A DNA stretch of 64,000 nucleotides from a virus (taxonomy: Duplodnaviria > Caudoviricetes): the IMG/VR virus record IMGVR_UViG_3300044620_001883, positions 32,001 through 96,000 of that record; one strand, written 5' to 3'. Shown piece by piece: positions 1-8,450 of this stretch. Both the position numbers and the translations under genes were made by a program. Under the pieces are notes generated by a model, which worked only from the letters and a program-made list of their open reading frames with translations, was not told the DNA's origin and did no database searches. Numbering within the stretch: the stretch's first letter is position 1; each line of letters starts with the position of its first letter.

Positions 1-336
1 TTTCCCTGTCCAGGTTGCGGGGTCCAACATTCCCTGGAGGCAGGGGAGTGGACCAACTGCAGTACACGCCCAGCCTACTACGAGGACGGGGAAGCCTACG
101 AGGAAGTCATTTGTAGTTACTGCGCCCGAGCATTCAATGCTCCCTTGCAGGCCAAGACACACTACATTTCAGGTATGCAACACCGCTCCCTTGTGTTGAA
201 GTGTGTGGAACTTGAATGGTTCGAACCGCTAGGTGCGAAATGCCAGGTTGAATGCAGCAAACTCTCCGACCTTACAGGTCAGTACATCATGACAGTATTT
301 GGAAACCACACTGCTACCCTGATGGGATGTCCATGA
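1..336 (+). CDS. 5'-truncated Zn-ribbon hypothetical protein
   Basis: Frame 1 is open from base 1 (FPCPGCG...ICSYCAR) to TGA 336; overlaps the next ATG. Confidence 0.6.
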   Translation, partial: FPCPGCGVQHSLEAGEWTNCSTRPAYYEDGEAYEEVICSYCARAFNAPLQAKTHYISGMQHRSLVLKCVELEWFEPLGAKCQVECSKLSDLTGQYIMTVFGNHTATLMGCP

Positions 337-626
337 GCCCGTTCCGTGAGCTTGAACAAAAGATGGAATACTACGTACCAAATCTTCCGGATGATGTGTG
401 TCGCTGCCATGACCAGACCGGGTTGTGTGGGCGAAACAATGAATGCCGCCGCTGGCTGCAGCGTGGTTCTGGGGGTGTACGGGTACGCCAAGCAGCGAGC
501 CTTCTGCACCTGGACTCACTCGGAGAATGCATTAACTTCATGGACACGAAGCTAGTGCCTGTAGTTATTGATGGGAAGCGCTACGAACCATGCATCACGA
601 CGAACCCGGCAATACCAGACAAATGA
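333..626 (+). CDS. Cys-rich hypothetical protein
   Basis: ATGA overlaps at both ends. Confidence 0.55.
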   Translation: MSPFRELEQKMEYYVPNLPDDVCRCHDQTGLCGRNNECRRWLQRGSGGVRVRQAASLLHLDSLGECINFMDTKLVPVVIDGKRYEPCITTNPAIPDK

Positions 627-781
627 GGTACTTCCAAATCCTGTACCGGAACGCTGATGGCAAAAATGCCCTGACGAGCAGCATCAACTTGCAACCACCC
701 TGTAAAGCCGAGGACTGCTTGAAGTACACGACACAGTTCGTACGGGACAATCTGATTCAAATCCTGGAGGTGGCATCTTGA
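623..781 (+). CDS. Small hypothetical protein
   Basis: ATGA overlap with the upstream gene. Confidence 0.45.
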   Translation: MRYFQILYRNADGKNALTSSINLQPPCKAEDCLKYTTQFVRDNLIQILEVAS

Positions 782-815
782 CAAAGAGCACCACCACCTG
801 AACTCCTATACCACT

Positions 816-1403
816 ATGACTCCAAACCTCGCAAAACTGCTAAGCCGCAGACATGAAGCAAAGTACAAGGGTTACACCTTCAAGGTGTTCCCTGGCATAG
901 ACACCATGGCACAGGCACCATGGCAGGTCGAAGAGGCCGAGGAAGACTTTGTCGTCGAAGACGATTCGGACGTGCCCGATGAGAATCTGTGGTATCTGAC
1001 CAAGGTGCCAGATGAGTACAGCCCTTCTCCATTGGGTGACTCGTGCTGTACCTGCCTGATGTTCGACAGTGCTGCTGTGCGGGAATACTTTGAGGAGGAA
1101 GGACCGTTCCAACCTGACGAGGAACTTCGGGATGGTCTGCTGGCCGAGCTAGGTCGCGAGCCCACTGAGGATGATTACCTGGACGAGCATGTCTGGAAAC
1201 TGTACGTGTACTACCGGGAGTATGTGCAGGGTCAGTCCCCTTGGCTCATGATTGAGGTGCAGGTTTGTAATCCTGATGGTGAAATAAATCTGACGGCTAC
1301 AGTAACGTACCGGCAGATTGCTGCCGATCGTTTTGACGAGATCTGGAAAGCTGCGGTGGTCGGGGCACGACAGGAGATCGACAGCCTGATTTCTGAAAAC
1401 TAG
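816..1403 (+). CDS. Acidic hypothetical protein
   Basis: 195-aa ORF that tiles with neighbours. Confidence 0.75.
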   Translation: MTPNLAKLLSRRHEAKYKGYTFKVFPGIDTMAQAPWQVEEAEEDFVVEDDSDVPDENLWYLTKVPDEYSPSPLGDSCCTCLMFDSAAVREYFEEEGPFQPDEELRDGLLAELGREPTEDDYLDEHVWKLYVYYREYVQGQSPWLMIEVQVCNPDGEINLTATVTYRQIAADRFDEIWKAAVVGARQEIDSLISEN

Positions 1404-1406
1404 GAA

Positions 1407-1598
1407 GTGAAACACGATAACAAACCAGCGCCCGCGGTGGGATCTACAATTAGCACCTGGTTCGCGGACAACCCTGCAGGTATGTCTACGGTGCTCAAGG
1501 TCGCGCGGTACACTGGAGCATATCCTCAGTGGTTCTCTTGGGTCGTTCGTGTTACAGCACCACGAACAAATCGAGGCTGGATGGAAATAGTCCAGTAA
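1407..1598 (+). CDS. Small hypothetical protein
   Basis: GTG start 3 nt after the upstream stop. Confidence 0.55.
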   Translation: MKHDNKPAPAVGSTISTWFADNPAGMSTVLKVARYTGAYPQWFSWVVRVTAPRTNRGWMEIVQ

Positions 1599-1611
1599 TT
1601 ATAGAACTTTG
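1599..1611 (+). promoter_or_regulatory. TTATAGANNTTTG motif copy 1 (candidate phage promoter)
   Basis: TTATAGAACTTTG, intergenic; same motif at 19696 and 37421. Confidence 0.6.
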
Positions 1612-1863
1612 TGCTTGAATGTTCTCTCCTGATCGGGCACCATCACGGTGTAATCTCTCGATTTGAAGAGCGTCTCTGAGTTGAAAAAACAGCGACAATT
1701 GGATCTGACAGGAGGTCATCCCTAAATGCCCGAAGGGCCTGCGAGGATGTTGAGAGTTGGTGTTTTTTCACAAAAGCGAGCGGCCCCGCAACACTTTTGC
1801 CTGTAACAGGGCTCACCAGTTCAAGACAGAATCCAGGCCCTGAGGGCTCCAGGATCACCTCAC
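1611..1863 (+). ncRNA. Structured leader/ncRNA L1 upstream of the initiator-like gene
   Basis: GTGCTTGA/TCGGGCAC stem (1611-1640); TGAAAAAACA/TGTTTTTTCA 10-bp helix (1682-1691/1761-1770) enclosing three smaller stems; further stems to about 1855. Confidence 0.5.
1726..1806 (+). CDS. Possible 26-aa leader peptide (uORF)
   Basis: AGGAGG at 1710-1715, ATG 1726, TAA 1806: MPEGPARMLRVGVFSQKRAAPQHFCL. Confidence 0.3.
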   Translation: MPEGPARMLRVGVFSQKRAAPQHFCL

Positions 1864-3654
1864 ATGTCTCAGACCACCCTCCCCGTGCCGGCTGCCAAGC
1901 AGCCCAAGGCTCCCAAGAAGCCCAGCAAGCCCAAGACACCCCCGTCTTCCCCGCACCTCCTGCCGCGCTGTATTGCCGGTTTGCGGGCTCCTACGATCCC
2001 CGAGCTGTCCCAGCACCCCGACTTCACCAAGAAGAACGTCAGCGACGCCAAGGTCATCCTGATGGCCATTCTGCGCCATGCCAGCTACTGGCAGGTCACC
2101 AAGAAGCTGGTCCGGGCTGACACAGGCTTTTCCGACAAGCGCACCACCAAGGCCCTGAACTACCTCAGGATTCAGCAGATGCTGGCCAACGTGGTTATCC
2201 GGAAGGACAGCAAGTTTCACGGCTGGTGCTTCAGGGTCGATCTGGACGGGAAGGTCCAGAAGGGCGGCTGGGTGCTCCACTACAGCCAGGAGACGGATGT
2301 GAAGCGCGACTTCAATGCCCGGAAACAGATGCGCCGGGAAAAGGGTGGGATCGACAAACCCAAGCCCAAGAAACGCCGCACACGCAAGACCAAGGCTCAA
2401 AAAAATGATCACAGTCAGTACCCCCCAAAACAGGGGGGTACTGACGCCGCTCCTCTGCACTCCTATAATGTAATACCTGTAGAAGCCTCTGAAAAAGAGA
2501 CCCTTTTATTCCCTCTGCCGAGGGAAAATTTCCAATCTCTTCCCGGAGACCCTCAGGACAGTCGCGACCGTCAGGAACTCCAGGGAGGATCGGAATCTCC
2601 GACCACCCCGGAAGTGGTCACGCCTGTCAGTCAGGAACGTCAGGAAGAAATCAAAACAGCCTACCCGGTCTCGGAGGACGTCCTGGAACACATTGAAGAT
2701 CTTGGGCTTCCTCAACCTGACCCGGCGATTGCCCCGACCTTCTACCTTCAGGCTCAGACATCGCTGGAAGCGGATCGATCATCATCAGATCCGGCACATC
2801 ACCATCGCGGCAGGCTCGCGATTGAGAAACTCCAACAGGGGGTGCGACCCCGCAAGGAGGCCGCGTTGGCTTGGTTCAAGGCCAACCTACCCGGCTGGCT
2901 GTTGGAGGATTGCCTCCGCCCTGGGGAGGCCATTACCGTCATGGTGGCTCACAAGTTGGTGCGCAAGCTACACGGTGGCTCCCTGACTCTTGACCACTTT
3001 GCCCGGTATTGGGCCGCGGTGCAGACAGAGCGCTGTAAACGCCTGCCGCTTGTGCATGTCGTGAATCTGCTTTCCAGCGCCTTTGCGATCAAAAACGAAC
3101 AGGATGCCGAGCATGCCACCAGCGCGGCAGCGCGGACTCACGATAAGTTCGGGCGGGTGCTTTACCGCGCTGAAGACGTCTCAGCCAACCTCGTACGGGC
3201 TATCCCGGATATGCGCGTGCCGCATAAAGCCGACACATCTGCGTGGGCACCCGATGCCCTCTACGAGGACCTGCAGGGTTGGAGAAGTGACCAGCTGACC
3301 GAGGGCTACGCTGACCGGTTCCTGTGGGCCGCACGCATCTACGCTCTGGCGGGCTACATGGGCGACCATCATGCTTGCGTGGTACCCCTGCTGCGTGACG
3401 TAAGTGCGGCGAACATCACCAAGCAGGATGTCTGCCGTTGGTTCGTGGAATCCCCTCGGGGGCGTCCGACCTTCGTGCGTGTCGCACGCGAGTTTGGTGC
3501 GTGTGGGTTGGATACCTTCGATGTTTTTGGTATTGACTGGCAGGAGTGCTATGCAAAGGCCTGGCGTCTGTGGGTCTGCCTTGCAACTGTCCGGGAATCC
3601 CAACTGCGGATCCCGTACGCGAACATGAGCCTTGGCGACTTCTGCCGCCACTAA
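1864..3654 (+). CDS. Putative replication initiator (N-terminal winged-HTH)
   Basis: AKVILMAILRHASYWQVTKKLVRADTGFSDKRTTKALNYL resembles phage Rep wHTH; heads the replication module. Confidence 0.55.
   Translation: MSQTTLPVPAAKQPKAPKKPSKPKTPPSSPHLLPRCIAGLRAPTIPELSQHPDFTKKNVSDAKVILMAILRHASYWQVTKKLVRADTGFSDKRTTKALNYLRIQQMLANVVIRKDSKFHGWCFRVDLDGKVQKGGWVLHYSQETDVKRDFNARKQMRREKGGIDKPKPKKRRTRKTKAQKNDHSQYPPKQGGTDAAPLHSYNVIPVEASEKETLLFPLPRENFQSLPGDPQDSRDRQELQGGSESPTTPEVVTPVSQERQEEIKTAYPVSEDVLEHIEDLGLPQPDPAIAPTFYLQAQTSLEADRSSSDPAHHHRGRLAIEKLQQGVRPRKEAALAWFKANLPGWLLEDCLRPGEAITVMVAHKLVRKLHGGSLTLDHFARYWAAVQTERCKRLPLVHVVNLLSSAFAIKNEQDAEHATSAAARTHDKFGRVLYRAEDVSANLVRAIPDMRVPHKADTSAWAPDALYEDLQGWRSDQLTEGYADRFLWAARIYALAGYMGDHHACVVPLLRDVSAANITKQDVCRWFVESPRGRPTFVRVAREFGACGLDTFDVFGIDWQECYAKAWRLWVCLATVRESQLRIPYANMSLGDFCRH
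2414..2445. repeat. Perfect 13-bp inverted repeat, candidate origin inside the initiator gene
   Basis: GTCAGTACCCCCC-AAAACA-GGGGGGTACTGAC followed by an AT-rich stretch (about 2460-2540). Confidence 0.5.
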
Positions 3655-3662
3655 TCCGATAT

Positions 3663-3875
3663 ATGCCCAAGCCACCCATAGAACTCGCAATCGTGCCCGC
3701 GCATTTCCAAAAGGGATGCCGCGTGTACAGCCCCCTCTTCGAGCAGGAGGGAGTGGTAAGCCGTGCTCCGCGTCATGACGACCAAGGGCGTGTGCTGTTG
3801 GACATTCTGTTCGACGGGGATACGATCCCTGTCGTGCAGCGTCCGCTTGAACTTCGTGTAGTCAATTTGGTATGA
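3663..3875 (+). CDS. Hypothetical protein
   Basis: 70 aa, ATGA overlap downstream. Confidence 0.6.
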   Translation: MPKPPIELAIVPAHFQKGCRVYSPLFEQEGVVSRAPRHDDQGRVLLDILFDGDTIPVVQRPLELRVVNLV

Positions 3876-4105
3876 CCCCAGAAACTTCCACTATTCACGC
3901 ATCCCATTCCTTCGTGCTGGAGCAGGCGAAGGCCAATATCGCGTTCGTGCGGGCCAACGCCGAGCACGTCGAGCAGGCAAAACAGATCAACGCGTCCCTG
4001 GCCAACATCGTGGCAATGGAACGCAACCTGGTCATGCACAACGCACTGGAACGCGCCAAGCTGAAGGAACTCAATGAAGACATGCAAAAACTGCTCAAGC
4101 ACTGA
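3872..4105 (+). CDS. Coiled-coil hypothetical protein
   Basis: 77 aa, helical heptad pattern. Confidence 0.65.
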   Translation: MTPETSTIHASHSFVLEQAKANIAFVRANAEHVEQAKQINASLANIVAMERNLVMHNALERAKLKELNEDMQKLLKH

Positions 4106-4739
4106 CTTGGTGGCACGCGGCGCAAGCGGGTTCCGAAACGTGTGTCGTGTCTGCTGGGCGGAGGCTCAACGTGAAGCGTGGGCGAAGAACCGCACAAAAG
4201 GCCGCGCGGCGCTCAAGCGTGCCTATGCCAAGCATGCATCAAAGCGTCGAAGCGAGTCAGCCAAGTACAAGCAACAGCATCGTGAGTACTACGCATTGGC
4301 TGAATGGTTCCGTAAAAAAGGCATTCGTGTCAGCCACATTGCACCATCGGACATCACAGCTTTGGTTGAAATGAAGCAGGCCCTGAAACAGGCCAAGGCA
4401 CAGACGCAGTTACCAACACAATCTCCCAAACTGACTGCGCCAGCGCAACGCGTCTTGACTGCAAGAGCTGGACACGCTGTGGTTGCATCCTTCGTGGAAA
4501 CGCAAAGCGTGACTGCTCCACCAACGCACGAGCTTATTGAAAACATGATCGAACTCCAAGACACTGACCCGATGCCATTTGGTAAACACAAGGGAGATCT
4601 CATGCAGGATGTCCCGGCTAGATACCTGCACTGGCTGTACAGCAACGGCAAAAAGGATGACCGACGCTGCCCCGTCGCGGACTACATTCGCCGCAACCTT
4701 AACGCACTCAAACAGGAGTATTCCGATGGAATCTGGTGA
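4074..4739 (+). CDS. Zn-finger/basic N-terminus plus C-terminal MPFGKHKG (DUF3820/ExoX-C-like) domain
   Basis: CKNC...CRVC at the N-terminus; MPFGKHKGDLMQDVPARYLHWL at the C-terminus; possible internal start at 4545. Confidence 0.55.
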   Translation: MKTCKNCSSTDLVARGASGFRNVCRVCWAEAQREAWAKNRTKGRAALKRAYAKHASKRRSESAKYKQQHREYYALAEWFRKKGIRVSHIAPSDITALVEMKQALKQAKAQTQLPTQSPKLTAPAQRVLTARAGHAVVASFVETQSVTAPPTHELIENMIELQDTDPMPFGKHKGDLMQDVPARYLHWLYSNGKKDDRRCPVADYIRRNLNALKQEYSDGIW

Positions 4740-5097
4740 TCCTGTGGTGTTGTGGGTGGAGCAGGCCCGACGTGCCTACGAGGCTGGGGAACAGCATCCG
4801 ATCCTGACCTTTCTGGAATCAGAGCTCGAGATCGAGATAGCAGAGCGTGGTTGTGATCGTGACATGACCGAGTCGGATCTGGATGCGTACCGCGAGAAGC
4901 GCATGCCCGAGATGCTTGAGGACGTGGTTACGATTCGGGAATACCTGGCATATTGCAGAATCCTGTCCGCAGGTAGAACCACCCCATTGGTTGATCTGCG
5001 CGCGATCATCACAGAAAACCTTCTCAAGGATCTGCCTGATGAATGTCCACAGCTTCTTGGTAGATATTTTGAACTCAAACCGAACAATGGACCCTGA
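4726..5097 (+). CDS. Hypothetical protein
   Basis: AGGAG at 4714-4718 before ATG 4726. Confidence 0.7.
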   Translation: MESGDPVVLWVEQARRAYEAGEQHPILTFLESELEIEIAERGCDRDMTESDLDAYREKRMPEMLEDVVTIREYLAYCRILSAGRTTPLVDLRAIITENLLKDLPDECPQLLGRYFELKPNNGP

Positions 5098-6382
5098 CCA
5101 AGTACGATTTCGCAGCGGGGCCAGCACTGGTGTCCCCGAGGATGTCATGAACTTCGCGCAGGCCTTGGCGGTCAAGCATGGTGCGGTGCTGATCAGCCGG
5201 GAAAAGAACGGGCTGCATTTGAACCTTGCCTGTCCAGCCTGTTTGGAAGTTGAGGGGGATCAGGAGTTGCGCAAACGGCACCTGGCCGTCAATGCAGACA
5301 AGTTCTGCGCAACAGGACGTTGGGAAGGTGCCACAGATCACCTGCGGGACTCCGTAGGGTTGTGCATGAAGTGTGGCACCAAGTACAAGGCCACACAGCT
5401 CATGACCTTTGCGCCACTGGCCGCGCGCGGGATCAAGGAATCCAAGATCGGTTCCGTGTCTTTTGCGGACAACACACAGTGGCTGGTACGCGACGCCCTG
5501 GACAACATTGTTCCCGGTGGTCCGGGCAATGGTCCTCCCGGATCTCGAGGTAATCACGGGGATCCGCGGGATGTCATTCCGATCAACCAGCTGTCTGCTG
5601 ATCATCCCGCCGTCCAGTATTTGCTGGAGCGTGACTATGATTTGCAGAGTTTGTGGGAACAGTTCCGTTGCAGCTACTGTGTGCGAGAATGGGCGCAGGA
5701 TCCCGCGACCAAGCGTTACTACCGCAAACTCTGCGAGGGTTTCCGAGATTCGCCGCAGGGTCGTATTATCTTCTTCGCCGACATTGAGGGGGTGCAAAAA
5801 ACCTGGCAGGCGCGCATCATTGAACGGGTCGCGGAGCATGGTGGTACACGTTTCAAGTATTTCTGGAATGGGGACACAAACACTTGGTTCTGCATGGAGT
5901 CCTACGACGTCGCCAAGAAGAAGTTTATCCCGCCTCCTCAGTACGCGGAACGCTGGTCGCCCAGCAAGTACCGCACAGCTAACGGCACGGCACGGAATGA
6001 GATCCTGATGGGGCTCGATGCGGCTATCGCCTGGAATGCCTGCCATCGTCCTGGTCAGCTGCCAATCGCCTTCACGTCAGAGGGACCGTTGGACGCTGGA
6101 AGGTTGAGGGCGCCGGCCGTGGCGCAGATCGGCAAGTTCCTGTCGGATGATCAGATCGCGCTTCTTGCTCGTCACTTCGCGGTGGTCATTCAGGTGCCCG
6201 ACAATGACGCGGCCGGGCAGAAGGACCTGGAACTTAGCTCACGACGGCTGGCCTCCAAGGTGTTGACCGATGTCTGGCATTTGCCGCAGCAGCTTCCAGA
6301 CGGCAAAGCTGCAAAAGACATTGGGGACTTCCCGCAGGCCTGGGTGGACGAACAAAGGCAAACGTGGTTGAACAGCTACTGA
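5087..6382 (+). CDS. dnaG: DNA primase (DnaG-type, Zn-binding + TOPRIM)
   Basis: CPAC...CMKC Zn ligands; TOPRIM motifs EGPLDA and DNDAAG. Confidence 0.85.
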   Translation: MDPDQVRFRSGASTGVPEDVMNFAQALAVKHGAVLISREKNGLHLNLACPACLEVEGDQELRKRHLAVNADKFCATGRWEGATDHLRDSVGLCMKCGTKYKATQLMTFAPLAARGIKESKIGSVSFADNTQWLVRDALDNIVPGGPGNGPPGSRGNHGDPRDVIPINQLSADHPAVQYLLERDYDLQSLWEQFRCSYCVREWAQDPATKRYYRKLCEGFRDSPQGRIIFFADIEGVQKTWQARIIERVAEHGGTRFKYFWNGDTNTWFCMESYDVAKKKFIPPPQYAERWSPSKYRTANGTARNEILMGLDAAIAWNACHRPGQLPIAFTSEGPLDAGRLRAPAVAQIGKFLSDDQIALLARHFAVVIQVPDNDAAGQKDLELSSRRLASKVLTDVWHLPQQLPDGKAAKDIGDFPQAWVDEQRQTWLNSY

Positions 6383-6385
6383 CCC

Positions 6386-7942
6386 ATGGATATCACGCAC
6401 ATCACACAAATGTCCCCTTCGACAGAACGGGCCTGGAATGAGGTTAAGACACACACGACGCGCACGCCTGCCGTGACGGGTCGTTTTGACGCGCTGCTAG
6501 GCAATGTTTTCAAACTGCGGGATGCGGGTGACGACGGTATTTTCACGAGCAGCTTGCTTATGAAACAGGCAGGCTGGCGGCATGACAACTTGCTGCGGCC
6601 GATCCGGCGATATGTTGCCGCGCACCCTCAGGAAAAGGGTGTGCATTTGTTTCGCTCAGGTCAGCATGTGAACTCGGCGGTGTTTTGGTTGCCGGCGTTG
6701 CAGCGCTTCATCGTATGGCTGCTCAACAGCCTGAAAGGGCATGAGGCAGACCAGCAGCGCAGATGTGCGGGATTCATCGACGTCTACAGCTACATGTCAG
6801 GGCTGCGTAAGACGCGGGAGATCGAGTTCTGCGGACCTCTTATTCGTACAGCCTGGCCGGAATGTGCCAGCCTAGACGCGCTGGCCTGGGAGTACCAACC
6901 CATGTCACAGCTGGTGTTGGACTTCTACCACGACGACTTGAGCCAAACACGCATCGACGTGAGCAAGCTCGCCGCGCGCTGCGGGTATTCCGAGAAGCAC
7001 GTGAGGCGCAAACTGCAGACGTCGCGGGTCGAATATGGGGAGACAGATGACACTGATTTCCTGACTGTGGCGGCAGACGGCACACTCTCACGCAAGACGG
7101 CGGTGTTTCTACTGCTTAGCTTGCCCAAGCTGCTACGTGCCCGGTTGCTGGCGTTCAACGAGCTTTACCGGCGGATTGCACCGGTGCCGGTGCCGTGCCC
7201 CGCAGGTCTGCCTGAGTATATTTCCAAGGTGGACTTTAATGATCCTAAACAGGCGGTGCAGGCTTGTCTGCAGCTGGTCGAACGCACGAGGCAGCAACAG
7301 CAACACCATGTTCAATACAAGGCCGAGACGTTGCAGCGCATTCAGGACATGCAAGGGGCCGCGGATGTTCTGGCGGCGGAGCTGGCCGGCAAGAACGAGG
7401 AGCTGGCGCGGTTGAAGACCAGTCTGGCGCAAGCGACAGCAGCGGGCTCCATCGTGCGAAGTCCTGAAACTGACAGAATGGTTTACCATTCCAGCAAACT
7501 TCGGCAGGACCACGGCTGGTGCACGATCAATGACGTGTTGGCTGCGCTGTTGGACAAATACGATTATGACACCCTGCTCGCCATGGTGCACACAGCAATG
7601 CCCGCCAGCTCGCGTGACGTGAACAAAGTTCTGCGCAATGTGGTGCGGTTCAAGATAGGGCAGAAGAAATTGCGGGCGGACGGCGAGCCTGTGTTGCGTC
7701 CGCAGATCATGATTGAACAGAAAGCATTTGTACGGCGGGTGCACACGTCAAACAGCAGCACCGCAGGTTACCGTGCCAAGCATGGAACAGACCGCGATTG
7801 GCGCTGGCAGGTGTTCTTCACCCCTGTGGGAGCACGCTGGCTGGTCGATGATTTTCCGGCCCATGTGGAAGAATTCCTGGCAGCACGTTGCCCCGAGCAC
7901 ATGGCTGAGTGTGAACTGCCGGGGGAACTGGTCACGACATGA
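6386..7942 (+). CDS. Rha-like / antirepressor-like multidomain DNA-binding protein
   Basis: SSLLMKQAGWRHDNLLRPIR (Rha-like); central coiled coil; C-terminal QVFFTPVGARWL (KilAC/ANT-like). Confidence 0.55.
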   Translation: MDITHITQMSPSTERAWNEVKTHTTRTPAVTGRFDALLGNVFKLRDAGDDGIFTSSLLMKQAGWRHDNLLRPIRRYVAAHPQEKGVHLFRSGQHVNSAVFWLPALQRFIVWLLNSLKGHEADQQRRCAGFIDVYSYMSGLRKTREIEFCGPLIRTAWPECASLDALAWEYQPMSQLVLDFYHDDLSQTRIDVSKLAARCGYSEKHVRRKLQTSRVEYGETDDTDFLTVAADGTLSRKTAVFLLLSLPKLLRARLLAFNELYRRIAPVPVPCPAGLPEYISKVDFNDPKQAVQACLQLVERTRQQQQHHVQYKAETLQRIQDMQGAADVLAAELAGKNEELARLKTSLAQATAAGSIVRSPETDRMVYHSSKLRQDHGWCTINDVLAALLDKYDYDTLLAMVHTAMPASSRDVNKVLRNVVRFKIGQKKLRADGEPVLRPQIMIEQKAFVRRVHTSNSSTAGYRAKHGTDRDWRWQVFFTPVGARWLVDDFPAHVEEFLAARCPEHMAECELPGELVTT

Positions 7943-8205
7943 ACAGGAACGTACAGTGGGTTGGAACATGCGTTCATCTACCTGCACACAGGTTGGAAGC
8001 GTTCGATAATTCCTCTCGCGAGGTTACGTACCGGACGTTCTTGAAGCATGTGGGGTTGTACATTGTGCGTGAGCTCAATGAGCAATTCGGTTTTCATCCG
8101 ACAATCAAGAATGACTGCCACATTCAGTACTACCGCGGCAAATGGTGCGGGCGTCCTGCTATGTGCATGATGCATTCCAGTATTCACCACATCTGGCTGC
8201 TATGA
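7939..8205 (+). CDS. Conserved-looking phage hypothetical protein
   Basis: SREVTYRTFLKHV...NDCHIQYYRG pattern; ATGA overlaps. Confidence 0.65.
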   Translation: MNRNVQWVGTCVHLPAHRLEAFDNSSREVTYRTFLKHVGLYIVRELNEQFGFHPTIKNDCHIQYYRGKWCGRPAMCMMHSSIHHIWLL

Positions 8206-8444
8206 AGAAAAAGACACCTAGACAAAAGAAGAAGCGCAAGGTGGAGTTCTGTCCCCGCCTCAAACCCTTTCGGTTACCGGAAGGGGAGCGGGGTCCTGTG
8301 GATCCGGTGACGGGCGATTTTGACATGGGATCCTCGTGTCATGGAAACTCAGCTTGCAGCAAGCGCGGTGTGAGTCACAGGATGCACAAGGTGACACCCC
8401 AAATGTGGGTCTGCCTCAATCCCGGCTGCTACGCCAACTGTTGA
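8202..8444 (+). CDS. Basic Cys-containing hypothetical protein
   Basis: ATGA overlap; 80 aa. Confidence 0.55.
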   Translation: MKKKTPRQKKKRKVEFCPRLKPFRLPEGERGPVDPVTGDFDMGSSCHGNSACSKRGVSHRMHKVTPQMWVCLNPGCYANC

Positions 8445-8450
8445 TTAACT

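Noticed and set aside
1595-1611. Reading the motif as a minus-strand sigma70 -10 (TATAAT/TATAAC)
   Set aside because: No -35 match on that strand for copy 1 (the only copy checked) and no minus-strand genes; the hairpins starting at the + strand G favour + orientation (antisense use is not excluded)
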